Part shown: in pieces, positions 19,436-28,070 of the stretch
How the letters are laid out: the number at the start of each line of letters is the position of its first letter
Numbering within the stretch: position 1 is the first letter of the stretch
Notes under the pieces: model-generated
Seen by the model: the letters and a program-made list of their open reading frames with translations, nothing else
Databases searched by the model: none
Told to the model about the DNA's origin: nothing
DNA from: Candidatus Nitrosopumilus koreensis AR1
GTDB taxonomy: Archaea; Thermoproteota; Nitrososphaeria; Nitrososphaerales; Nitrosopumilaceae
Assembly: GCF_000299365.1 (NCBI RefSeq)
Contig: NC_018655.1
Location: forward strand, 1,320,001 to 1,352,000
Length of the DNA stretch: 32,000 bases
Reading direction: 5' to 3'
Program-made: the position numbers and the translations under genes

Positions 19436-19675
19436 TTATGTCTGGCCTTCAATACCCATAAGGGTTAGTGTTGAACGAATCTTTTCAATTTTTCTGATTT
19501 TCCAAGTGATTGTTTCTCTGAGTTTCTCAACGGTATCAGATTCGATCTTGGCCAAAATATCATATGCGCCGAAAGTTCCATGAACTTCCTTAACACCTTC
19601 TAGGCCCTTTAGTTGCTGTATAATTGCCTCTTCAGAACCTAGTTCACAGTTGATTAACACATAAGCTGTTGCCAT
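19436..19675 (-). CDS. Lrp/AsnC ligand-binding (RAM) domain protein without HTH
   Basis: ATAYVLINCELGSEEAIIQQLKGLEGVKEVHGTFGAYDILAKIESD. Confidence 0.88.
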   Translation of the reverse strand: MATAYVLINCELGSEEAIIQQLKGLEGVKEVHGTFGAYDILAKIESDTVEKLRETITWKIRKIEKIRSTLTLMGIEGQT

Positions 19676-19795
19676 GGTGTAATTACATAAATCGACTATA
19701 TCAATAAACCGATTACGTTTAGCTTTGAGAGATCTTTAAAATCTCATCCCAGATTGGCTTTGGAACAGGCATCACAGATAATCTGGAAATTCGTA

Positions 19796-20212
19796 TCAGT
19801 TCCCAATCTTTGAATTTTTTATTTTTTTCATTTCATCAAGGGTTACAGGGCGCTTTAGTGGTTTCTTGTATTTTACATCAACGACGATAAAACGCTCAAC
19901 GTCTTCTTTTGGATTAGAGTAAGGTTTGGAAGTAACTTGCATAATTCCTACTGCTTGTCTTTCAGTACCTGTATGATAAAACAAGACAAGATCACCAGGT
20001 TTCATTTCTTTCATGTGTTTTAGTGCCAGGTTGTTGTGGACTCCATCCCAAACAGTGGTTTTGTCTTTTTTTAGTTGCTCAAACGGATATCCTCTAGGCC
20101 CGGATGGTTCTTGTTTTGCAAGCCAATAGTTTACCATTTCAAATTTCGTATCATTAAGGGATGCTTTATGGTTTATGTAAAAAACAAAATGTTCCCCGGT
20201 TCTGACTCGCAC
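19796..20212 (-). CDS. EVE domain protein (likely start at 20137, MVNYWLAKQEP)
   Basis: YWLAKQEPSGPRGYPFEQL...TVWDGVHNNLALKHMKEMKPGDLVLFYHTG. Confidence 0.85.
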   Translation of the reverse strand: MRVRTGEHFVFYINHKASLNDTKFEMVNYWLAKQEPSGPRGYPFEQLKKDKTTVWDGVHNNLALKHMKEMKPGDLVLFYHTGTERQAVGIMQVTSKPYSNPKEDVERFIVVDVKYKKPLKRPVTLDEMKKIKNSKIGN

Positions 20213-20388
20213 AATCTCATTGGTATTTTAGCCAAAACCTCCTTGGGTTCTGAAACCGGGGTTGCCCATAATGTAGCACGACTGGGTGAATTAGAAATCA
20301 TTGGTATCATTACGATCGACATCATCCTAATCCGTCTTCGTGCCTGCTCTTGGGCGATTAATAATAGAGCATATCCTACTAAAAACCA

Positions 20389-20652
20389 TTGATGAGAATA
20401 AAGAACCAAACGCTGTTTTTTAGCGGAATAATTGTTTTAATTTTAGGAACAACAATCATAATTTTTGATTATCCACAGATCCAGTTTTTAGAAAATATGG
20501 ATTCTGAATCATATTATTTGCTTGATGAAGAAAAAAAGAGAATTCATCAAAGAATGATAATTGAATTTTTTGCAGGAATGGGAATTTTTGTTGGAGGGAT
20601 TATACTACTGGCATTATCTTTTCTAAAGCGATTTGAGAATGGACTCAGATAA
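20389..20652 (+). CDS. Small membrane protein, two TM segments
   Basis: 87-aa ORF with two hydrophobic stretches. Confidence 0.5.
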   Translation: MMRIKNQTLFFSGIIVLILGTTIIIFDYPQIQFLENMDSESYYLLDEEKKRIHQRMIIEFFAGMGIFVGGIILLALSFLKRFENGLR

Positions 20653-22266
20653 GGATATTTCAAATCCAACTACAGGTACACGGATTTTATAATTTTCAAT
20701 AATCTTAGAGCTTATTTCGCCAATAACACCAACTGATTGATTGTCTATAATCACAGATGCACAGTGTCCTTTTTCAAATGAGGGATGTTCAGTAGTTTTT
20801 GTTTTAATGTCTAAACCAAATCCTGTCTTTAGTGCAGATTGAAGGACAGATTTTATTTCAGTAAAGTTTGTGTCTTGATGAGCACTAATTGCAGAAAGAT
20901 TGATTTTTTCAGATATAGGATCATTTAAAGAAAAGACAGTTCCAGTTTCAAATAATTTCTGAGGATATGATTCATGAATATTTTTTGAAAGATTTTCTAG
21001 CAATCCAGGTAAAATAGAATCACGTAAAATTGTGTGCTCTTGACTTTTTGAATCAAGAACAGAGATAATTTCATTTGGTTCTCTGTTAGCCATATCATAA
21101 AGAACTCTTTTACTAGTCAAGCTAGAATTCAATGCTTCAAGATATCCAAGTCCTATCATTGTTTGACTAAGAGATTTTAGTTGTAGTGATATTGGATTTG
21201 TTTGACCAAGTGTTTGAGAAGGAGATAAAGTTGGTTCAAGGTTTTGAATTCCATATCCTAAAGCAACTTCTTCAACTAAATCCATAGGACCAAAAATATC
21301 AAATCTATATGCAGGGATTGTGCAGACAATGTTCTTGCCTTTAGCAGATGCATCTAGTCTTGATTTTTTTAGTGAAGAGATTATTTTTGAAGTGTTTAGG
21401 TTTAGGCCAAGTGTTTGATTAATCAATGCTGGACTAACAGTTATTTTTCTTTCAGCAAGTTTTGGAGAAGAGTTTTTTGCACCTGAGATTTGGACAGATT
21501 CCAAAGAGAATCCGGCACTTTGCAGAATTGTTGCAACTACAGATAACATGTCTTCAGCATCGGCTTTGTTTATTCCAGTAACCTCAACAAAGAGATTCTT
21601 TGTTTTTGTAGTTACAGTAGTTACTGCAGCATTGATTATTGGAGGAAATGATACAGTTTTCTTATTGGCATCAAGTATCAAAGGCATTTTTGTAGAATTT
21701 GCAAGCAAATTACCATAGTCTTTTCCAACATCAGTTGTTTCAAGAATTTGGGTTATTGACAATTCTTTGTCTGAATTTAATGGTGTGAAGGTGTGTTTTC
21801 TGTCAACTGTGGTATAGACTAGAGGAAATTGGATTTTATCTAAATCATGAATTCCAATTGAGGATTTTTTTCTCTTTCTTCCAATACCAAAATGAAGATC
21901 CTCCTGCATTGCCATGAGTTGTTTGATGGTTTTATCATCAACTTTTCCATTTTTTGCAACAATTCCAGTCACATATGGCCTCACTTTAGAAACATCAGGT
22001 TTTACAGAAATTGCATATTGTTTTGATTTTTTGATTTTTAGTTTGATTGCACCGGTTTTTAATCCCAACAATCCTTGCATTCCAAGTGCAATTCCAAAAT
22101 CAGTAGAGTAATCGGGTCTGTTTGGACTGTATTCTATTCTAACAAGATCTTTGTCTTCAGATTCAATATCTAATCCTAGAAAGGGTAACGATTCTGCAAT
22201 TTGTTTTTTTGATGCCTTTCCAATTAGTTTTTGAAGACTGGAATAAGATAATTCAACTACTGGCAT
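20623..22266 (-). CDS. pheT: Phenylalanine--tRNA ligase subunit beta
   Basis: Archaeal PheT length and features: RPYVTGIVAKN, SIGIHDLDKIQFPLVYTTV, NPISLQLKSLSQTMIGLGYLEALNSSLTS. Confidence 0.92.
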   Translation of the reverse strand: MPVVELSYSSLQKLIGKASKKQIAESLPFLGLDIESEDKDLVRIEYSPNRPDYSTDFGIALGMQGLLGLKTGAIKLKIKKSKQYAISVKPDVSKVRPYVTGIVAKNGKVDDKTIKQLMAMQEDLHFGIGRKRKKSSIGIHDLDKIQFPLVYTTVDRKHTFTPLNSDKELSITQILETTDVGKDYGNLLANSTKMPLILDANKKTVSFPPIINAAVTTVTTKTKNLFVEVTGINKADAEDMLSVVATILQSAGFSLESVQISGAKNSSPKLAERKITVSPALINQTLGLNLNTSKIISSLKKSRLDASAKGKNIVCTIPAYRFDIFGPMDLVEEVALGYGIQNLEPTLSPSQTLGQTNPISLQLKSLSQTMIGLGYLEALNSSLTSKRVLYDMANREPNEIISVLDSKSQEHTILRDSILPGLLENLSKNIHESYPQKLFETGTVFSLNDPISEKINLSAISAHQDTNFTEIKSVLQSALKTGFGLDIKTKTTEHPSFEKGHCASVIIDNQSVGVIGEISSKIIENYKIRVPVVGFEISLSESILKSL

Positions 22267-23420
22267 TTTGTTGCACTCCTAAGCCAATTCAAATTGTTAT
22301 TGTAAAATTCCCTTACATCATCCAAACCATACTTTAGCATGGCGATTCTTTCAATGCCACCACCCCATGCCAAAACAGGTTTTGTTATACCAAGTGGTTT
22401 TGTAACTTCAGGTCTAAAGATTCCCATTCCAAATAGTTCAACCCATTTTCCCAATCTTTCATTATACACCATCGTTTGAAGTGAGGGTTCAGTGTATGGG
22501 AAAAATGTTGGCCAGAACTTTATCTTTGTAATTCCAATTCTTTTGTAAAATTCTCGCTGAATTCCCATCAAGTTTCGTAGGTTAGCGTCTTTTCCAACAA
22601 CAATGCCTTCAATTTGATTAAATTCTACAAGATGTTTGTAACTTACTTTTTCATTTCTAAAAACACGACCTAACGAAAATACTCTGGCCTCATCAGGTTT
22701 TGTTTCTGCAAGATGCTTGATTGTAACACAGGTAGTATGAGTTCGTAAAACCATCTTACGTGCTTCATTAATATCCCATTGGTATCTCCAATTTTTTTTA
22801 TGAGAATCAGAAACTTTTCTAATTTGTTGGGGAGTTGCGATTTTTTTGTCAGAAATACCGTCAAGATAGAACGTGTCTTGTAGTTCCCGAGCAGGATGAT
22901 CCTGAGGAGTAAATAACGCATCAAAGTTCCAAAAGCTTGATTGAGTCATATTTCCATAAATTTCTGAAAATCCCAATGTAACAAAGATTTCACGAATTTC
23001 ATCAATAGTGTCTTTTAGAGGATGAGTTCTGGCAACAAAAACTTCAGGAACTTTAGCTTCTACATCAATCCCTCCAGAAGAATCATCAAGGTTAAGCGAT
23101 TTTGCAGAATCAGTTAGAGTGATTTCTCTAGTCTTTACTACTTCTTCTATAACAAAGTCAGGGCGTCTCAAAAGTCCTGACAGATCGTCCTTATTCAGTT
23201 CATCAACTGGAAGTTTTTTCTCACCAATTTGTTTTAGAGATTTTTCTCCAGGTAAAACCGATGGAGGATTTTTCAGAGAAATTTCATCAGAGGTTGCTTC
23301 AACCCAATTATTTTTTCTTGCAAGCCCCATTGCAGGCCCAAACACTGCTCCTAGTTCTTGCTGTAAATCAGATAATTTTGATTTGGTCTTTAGCAGATCT
23401 AGCAGTCTTCTTTCAGGCAA
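22257..23420 (-). CDS. pheS: Phenylalanine--tRNA ligase subunit alpha (coding sequence appears to extend upstream to ~23625)
   Basis: THTTCVTIKHLAE, RVFRNEKVSYKHLVEFNQIEGIVVG, GIERIAMLKYGLDDVRE. Confidence 0.92.
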   Translation of the reverse strand: MPERRLLDLLKTKSKLSDLQQELGAVFGPAMGLARKNNWVEATSDEISLKNPPSVLPGEKSLKQIGEKKLPVDELNKDDLSGLLRRPDFVIEEVVKTREITLTDSAKSLNLDDSSGGIDVEAKVPEVFVARTHPLKDTIDEIREIFVTLGFSEIYGNMTQSSFWNFDALFTPQDHPARELQDTFYLDGISDKKIATPQQIRKVSDSHKKNWRYQWDINEARKMVLRTHTTCVTIKHLAETKPDEARVFSLGRVFRNEKVSYKHLVEFNQIEGIVVGKDANLRNLMGIQREFYKRIGITKIKFWPTFFPYTEPSLQTMVYNERLGKWVELFGMGIFRPEVTKPLGITKPVLAWGGGIERIAMLKYGLDDVREFYNNNLNWLRSATKCQ

Positions 23421-23691
23421 TCCTTTTTGAAAAGATTCTTTTCCATTTTTTCCTAAACTAACAATACTTGTTTTAGTCTCATCAACATTTGCAAGTTCTT
23501 TTAATTTTAGCCATTCAATTCCACGTCTAATTTGGTCAGGGGAAAGATTAGTAGATTTTTCAAGACTTTCTGGAGTTTGTTTTGGATTCTCTTTTAGCGA
23601 TGTAATGATTTTTTTTCAATATCATGAAAAACCTGTGACAATAGTGAAAGTTCGAAAAAGACTTTTTAAACCTTAACCTAAGTCAAATTGA

Positions 23692-24804
23692 ATGTCAGCT
23701 GATGACTTTATTGTTACTCCTTGGCATGTTGAAGGAGATATCGATTACGATAAATTAATCAAAAAATTTGGAACTGAAAAAATCTCTTCAGAACTAAATG
23801 AGAGAATCAAGAAGATTACTGGAGAAGACCATTTCATGCTAAGAAGAGGTATTTTCTTCTCGCACAGAGAAATGAATAGAATTCTTGATGATTATGAAAA
23901 AGGTAACAAATTTTTCCTATACACTGGAAGAGGTCCATCAGGTCACACCCATATTGGTCACTTGGTTCCATGGGTTTTTGCAAAATGGCTTCAAGAAAAG
24001 TTTGATGTTAACATGTATTTTCAGCTCACTGATGATGAAAAGTTCTATTCAAAACCAAACTTGACTTTGGAGGAAACAAGAAAATTTGCTTATGAGAACG
24101 CACTAGACTTAATTGCATTAGGTTTCAAACCTGACAAAACAAAAATCATAATCAACACAAGAAATATTCAAACACTTTATCCAATAGCAGCTCAAGTTGC
24201 AAAGAAGATTAATTTCTCAAACACTAAAGCAACTTTTGGATTTACAAATGAGACTAATATTGGCATGATTTTTTACACATCATTGCAGTCTGCTCCATGT
24301 TTTATTGAAGACAAACCAGTTTTGATTCCATTAGGTGTTGACCAAGATCCTCACTTTAGACTTACAAGAGACATTGCACCAAAGATTGGAAAACCAAAAC
24401 CAGCATTAATTCACAACATAATGATTCCAGCATTAGAGGGACCAGGAGGAAAAATGTCAGCGTCAGATGAGAATGGAACAGTTTACACAACAGATGCTCC
24501 AAATGTTGTAAAAAAGAAGATTAACAAATATGCATTTTCAGGAGGACAACCAGATCTTGAACAACATAGAAAGCTTGGTGGAAATCCAGACATTGATGTA
24601 TCATATCAATATCTTAGAATATTTTTTGAACCAGACGATAACAAACTAAAATCAATTTATGACGACTACAAATCAGGAAAATTACTTTCCGGAGAACTCA
24701 AAGCAATACTAATTGAAAAAATGAATGAGTTCTTGGCAGTACATCAAGAAAAACGTGAAAAAGCAAAAGAACAGATAGAAGAATTTCTTTTTGAGAATAA
24801 ATGA
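23692..24804 (+). CDS. trpS: Tryptophan--tRNA ligase
   Basis: GRGPSGHTHIGHLVPW (HIGH), GGKMSASDENGTVYTTD (KMSAS). Confidence 0.93.
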   Translation: MSADDFIVTPWHVEGDIDYDKLIKKFGTEKISSELNERIKKITGEDHFMLRRGIFFSHREMNRILDDYEKGNKFFLYTGRGPSGHTHIGHLVPWVFAKWLQEKFDVNMYFQLTDDEKFYSKPNLTLEETRKFAYENALDLIALGFKPDKTKIIINTRNIQTLYPIAAQVAKKINFSNTKATFGFTNETNIGMIFYTSLQSAPCFIEDKPVLIPLGVDQDPHFRLTRDIAPKIGKPKPALIHNIMIPALEGPGGKMSASDENGTVYTTDAPNVVKKKINKYAFSGGQPDLEQHRKLGGNPDIDVSYQYLRIFFEPDDNKLKSIYDDYKSGKLLSGELKAILIEKMNEFLAVHQEKREKAKEQIEEFLFENK

Positions 24805-25082
24805 AGATAACAGTTACATGTGAAGACAAGTATGAGGCTGAAAAATTAGCCAGTCTTATTTTCATCAAAGATGGTAAAGAGACATTCATTACAGGAATTC
24901 TAAATATCGTAAAAAACGAACTAGTGATATCATTAAAAGATAAATCAGCTCACAGCATTTTGCTTGAAAGCGAAGTAAGTGTAGAAGAATTTGCAGATTT
25001 TACTCAGTCAGTAATTGACAAAGAGCACAAAATAATCTCCACAAAAATTCGTGAAAATCAAGTGGAGATTGTTAAGGGCTGA
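24801..25082 (+). CDS. Hypothetical protein coupled to trpS
   Basis: 93-aa ORF, 4-nt overlap with trpS. Confidence 0.65.
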   Translation: MKITVTCEDKYEAEKLASLIFIKDGKETFITGILNIVKNELVISLKDKSAHSILLESEVSVEEFADFTQSVIDKEHKIISTKIRENQVEIVKG

Positions 25083-25084
25083 AT

Positions 25085-25168
25085 CTATTGACCAAAAATG
25101 GCCCAGAGGGCTACTGCCCCAACTACTGCAATTAGAGAAATTCCCAATGCCTTAAAGTCACCATTCAT
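25085..25168 (-). CDS. 27-aa single-TM microprotein
   Basis: MNGDFKALGISLIAVVGAVALWAIFGQ*. Confidence 0.45.
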   Translation of the reverse strand: MNGDFKALGISLIAVVGAVALWAIFGQ

Positions 25169-25200
25169 AATTTGAATTCAAAATTATTATAATTAAAGTG

Positions 25201-25572
25201 TTAATAAATTCTCAAAGATGATTTTGGATCATCGTGGGAAAAATTTACTTTTTTACGTTTAGATTGTGATCTTTGTTCCTTAGGTTTTACAATAGGTTGT
25301 CTAATTTCATTGCAATTCAAGCACAATACCTTGAGTTCATCTCGTGCAAGTTCTGGTTTTGAGATATATTTTCCCCAAGACGAAGCAGCACCTCCACGTC
25401 TAATACTATCAAATGTCTCATCATCAGAAATATGACTAAATCCTAATGCTCGTTCATCTCTAAATCCACAACTAGAGCAAACTTTTCCACCTAGAATTTC
25501 AAATAATTTCTCTTTTAGTGATTGATAAAATTTGTCAGAACCATCAGAAAAGAAACTCTCTTGTTTTTTCAA
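25201..25572 (-). CDS. Zinc-site domain protein, C-terminal part of a broken gene (with 25569-25895)
   Basis: GGKVCSSCGFRDERALGFSHISDD...ELKVLCLNCNEIR; frame open upstream to the homopolymer at 25724-25729. Confidence 0.7.
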   Translation of the reverse strand: MKKQESFFSDGSDKFYQSLKEKLFEILGGKVCSSCGFRDERALGFSHISDDETFDSIRRGGAASSWGKYISKPELARDELKVLCLNCNEIRQPIVKPKEQRSQSKRKKVNFSHDDPKSSLRIY

Positions 25573-25895
25573 TAATCGGTCAGTCTTGGATTTAGGGCGA
25601 GATTCATCTCTGCGAGAATCTCTTCTGCTGTCTCGTCTACTGTCTCTGGAATATCTATCGTCTCTACGAGACTCTCTTCTGTCATCTCTTCTAGATTCCC
25701 TTCTAAATGTGACATTTCCAATATTTTTTGTCGGAGCAGTCCTTCTAATGCAAAGATCTTGAGATATTTTATCATGGTAATTCTATTGATTCCAATTTTT
25801 TCAGAGATCTCTACTCCAGACATTCCAGATTCAGAACCATCCAAAACTGAAATCAGCTTCTCTCGAATTTCTTCCTCAGAATACCCTTTACCCAT
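25569..25895 (-). CDS. Winged-HTH N-terminal part of the same gene; reading frame after ~residue 55 is probably wrong
   Basis: MGKGYSEEEIREKLISVLDGSESGMSGVEISEKIGINRITMIKYLKIFALEGLLRQK is paralogous to the start of 27118-28011. Confidence 0.7.
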   Translation of the reverse strand: MGKGYSEEEIREKLISVLDGSESGMSGVEISEKIGINRITMIKYLKIFALEGLLRQKILEMSHLEGNLEEMTEESLVETIDIPETVDETAEEILAEMNLALNPRLTDY

Positions 25896-25942
25896 AATTG
25901 CTTTTGGATGAAGGTATTGTATAAAGACTAATTTTCATGTAT

Positions 25943-25984
25943 CGTAATAACTTCGTATAGCATACATTATACGAAGTTATACGA
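25943..25984. other. 42-bp loxP-containing linker (artefact); loxP core 25947-25980
   Basis: CGTAATAACTTCGTATAGCATACATTATACGAAGTTATACGA; 13-bp arms ATAACTTCGTATA/TATACGAAGTTAT with spacer GCATACAT. Confidence 0.97.
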
Positions 25985-26123
25985 CCTGTGAAAAAGGGAA
26001 TTAAAGTAAAATCAAAAAATGCACTTAGAATTAGTTTTTGCATCAGATTTACTTGAGATAAGGGATTAATTTTCTGTAACATATCATATAGTGAACAAGA
26101 AAGGTAACATCGTTTAACCTAGT

Positions 26124-26225
26124 TTACACTAGTAAAGCGGTAATTGCTAACCAGTAAATTAATCCTGGAGCTAAACCAACAATTAGTGGAATGAACACAG
26201 GCCATCCATCTGCTGCGCTTGCCAT
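26124..26225 (-). CDS. 33-aa single-TM microprotein
   Basis: MASAADGWPVFIPLIVGLAPGLIYWLAITALLV*. Confidence 0.5.
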   Translation of the reverse strand: MASAADGWPVFIPLIVGLAPGLIYWLAITALLV

Positions 26226-26300
26226 GAGAAAAACGGAAACTCTTCCTATTTAAATCCATCCAGCAGTCTGAAATCCAGCATAGATCGACGATATAAAAAG

Positions 26301-26374
26301 TGGACCGGACGGAATTTGAATCCGTGACCCCCCGCGTGCAAGGCGGGTATACTACCAGGCTATACTACCGGCCC
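26301..26374 (-). tRNA. tRNA-Ala(TGC)
   Basis: Acceptor GGGCCGG/CCGGTCC, anticodon arm CCCGC-CTTGCAC-GCGGG, T-arm ACGGA-TTCAAAT-TCCGT; 74 nt. Confidence 0.95.
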
Positions 26375-26454
26375 ACACGAGGTTTGATTAATCTGCAGAT
26401 TTTAATTGTTGTCTTCTTGGCAAGGATTTTATTTGAAAGCAAGAAAATTTTCTC

Positions 26455-27009
26455 ATGGTACTTTTAGAATCTCAAGTCAAGCTAAAAGCAGGAGATATTG
26501 CACCTGACTTTGAGTTATTGGGAATTGATGACAAGAAACATTCCCTAAATGATTATTCCAATTACAAAGGAATTTTGGTGATTTTCATGTGTAATCATTG
26601 CCCATATGTAAAGGCAAAAGTTGATGCCCTAAACGAGTTGTATGAAAAGTTTGGAAAAGATATTGCAATTGTTGGAATCAACAGCAATGATTCAACTGAT
26701 TATCCTGAAGACAGTTTTGAGGCAATGAAAGAGACTGCAAAAGAGAAAGGATTTGGATTTGATTATTTGGTAGATGAAACACAAGAGGTTGCCAAGAAAT
26801 ATGGTGCAATGTGTACTCCAGACCCATTCTTGTTTAATGCCCAAAAACAGCTAGTGTTCCATGGAAGAATTGACAACGCAATGAAACCAGAGGATACTGC
26901 CACCGAGAAGACCATGATTAACAACATGCAAAAATTATTGGATGGAGAAAAAATAGAAAAAGACTTTGATCCATCTATTGGTTGTTCAATCAAGTGGAAA
27001 GAAAATTAG
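26455..27009 (+). CDS. Thioredoxin-like / AhpC-TSA family protein
   Basis: VKLKAGDIAPDFELLGIDDKKHSLNDY...ILVIFMCNHCPYVKAKVDALNELYEKFGKDIAIVGINSND. Confidence 0.88.
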   Translation: MVLLESQVKLKAGDIAPDFELLGIDDKKHSLNDYSNYKGILVIFMCNHCPYVKAKVDALNELYEKFGKDIAIVGINSNDSTDYPEDSFEAMKETAKEKGFGFDYLVDETQEVAKKYGAMCTPDPFLFNAQKQLVFHGRIDNAMKPEDTATEKTMINNMQKLLDGEKIEKDFDPSIGCSIKWKEN

Positions 27010-27042
27010 ACTTAAATGACTCTGGCCTAGAGGTTTGATCGT

Positions 27043-27117
27043 GGGCTCGTAGCTCAGCTTGGCTGGAGCGTTCGACTGATAATCGAAAGGTCATGAGTTC
27101 GAATCTCATCGGGCCCA
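27043..27117 (+). tRNA. tRNA-Ile(GAT)
   Basis: Acceptor GGGCTCG/CGGGCCC, anticodon arm TTCGA-CTGATAA-TCGAA, T-loop TTCGAAT. Confidence 0.95.
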
Positions 27118-28011
27118 TTACTTTAGATTTTGATATACTGTTTGGGACCACTGAATAATTTCATCTAATTTATCTGAAACAAGGTCAGAGTTATTTTTTG
27201 ATTTTTTAGAAGGAATTCCACAAAGGATTAATTTCATTCGTTTGCCAGATTTTTCTTTGGTTGGGTTAATAGAGTCAGCAAAAAAGTTCAGCCCTTCCTC
27301 AGTTTGTGAAAAAACAAGTACAATCATAATTCCAGGTTTTTGTTTCCAGATTTTACCTACCAGTTTTTGAAAATCAAGATCAAACAAGACATTGATAGCA
27401 GAAGACATGTCTCCCAAATGAGAAACCCTCCACCCATCTGAATGATATACGGTAGATGCTGCCTCTGCAAGAAGGCTGCTTTGAAAATCAGCTGAAATGA
27501 CAACTATGTTTTTTTTAGAATCAGCAACTATTGGAATCTGATTTAATATTTGAAGAGATTTTGAAATTGTAGTTCTGAGAAGGTTTTGCTCAGCAGTGCC
27601 AATTTTTCCATCATCAAAGATACTCCTCACATAGTCTATTGCAGGATAAATCACTTCCATTATCAAGCGATTCACAGAAGCTCCTGAATGAAGACAGTTT
27701 CGAATCAGAGAATATACTTGGTCCTCATTTCCTTTAATCAGATAATCAAGGTATTGAGGTGCCACTTTGAAATAATCATCAGGAAAGTTGAAAGATTCTT
27801 GACCAGGTTCTAAAAACCACAAGGTAACATTTCCAATGTTTTTTTGTCGGACCAATCCCTCTGCTGCAAATACCTTGAGATACTTTGTCATGGTGATTCT
27901 GTTTACTTTCATTTGTTCTGAAATCTCCACACCAGACATTCCGGATTCAGAGCCATCCAAAACTGAAATCAGTTTTTCTCGAATCTTTTCAGTGGAATAT
28001 CCTTTGCCCAT
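27118..28011 (-). CDS. Winged-HTH regulator with C-terminal B12-binding-like domain
   Basis: N-terminal wHTH; C-terminal ...IVVISADFQSSLLAEAASTVYHSDGWRVSHLGDMSSAINVL... resembles MerR/CarH-type cobalamin-binding fold, without an obvious DxHxxG. Confidence 0.7.
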   Translation of the reverse strand: MGKGYSTEKIREKLISVLDGSESGMSGVEISEQMKVNRITMTKYLKVFAAEGLVRQKNIGNVTLWFLEPGQESFNFPDDYFKVAPQYLDYLIKGNEDQVYSLIRNCLHSGASVNRLIMEVIYPAIDYVRSIFDDGKIGTAEQNLLRTTISKSLQILNQIPIVADSKKNIVVISADFQSSLLAEAASTVYHSDGWRVSHLGDMSSAINVLFDLDFQKLVGKIWKQKPGIMIVLVFSQTEEGLNFFADSINPTKEKSGKRMKLILCGIPSKKSKNNSDLVSDKLDEIIQWSQTVYQNLK

Positions 28012-28070
28012 TATTGCTCTTGGATGATGGTATCGTATAAAGACTGATTTTTCTCAAGTTCTAATTTTGT

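Noticed and set aside
20173-20409. 78-aa minus-strand ORF and overlapping 20075-20392 plus-strand ORF
   Set aside because: They overlap each other and the 5' part of the EVE gene call; no domain evidence.
25947-25980. Natural Cre/lox-like recombination site
   Set aside because: The match is exact to P1 loxP with linker-specific flanks and there is no phage context; a sequencing linker explains it fully.
25888-26082. 64-aa minus-strand ORF
   Set aside because: It reads through the linker artefact; not a real gene.
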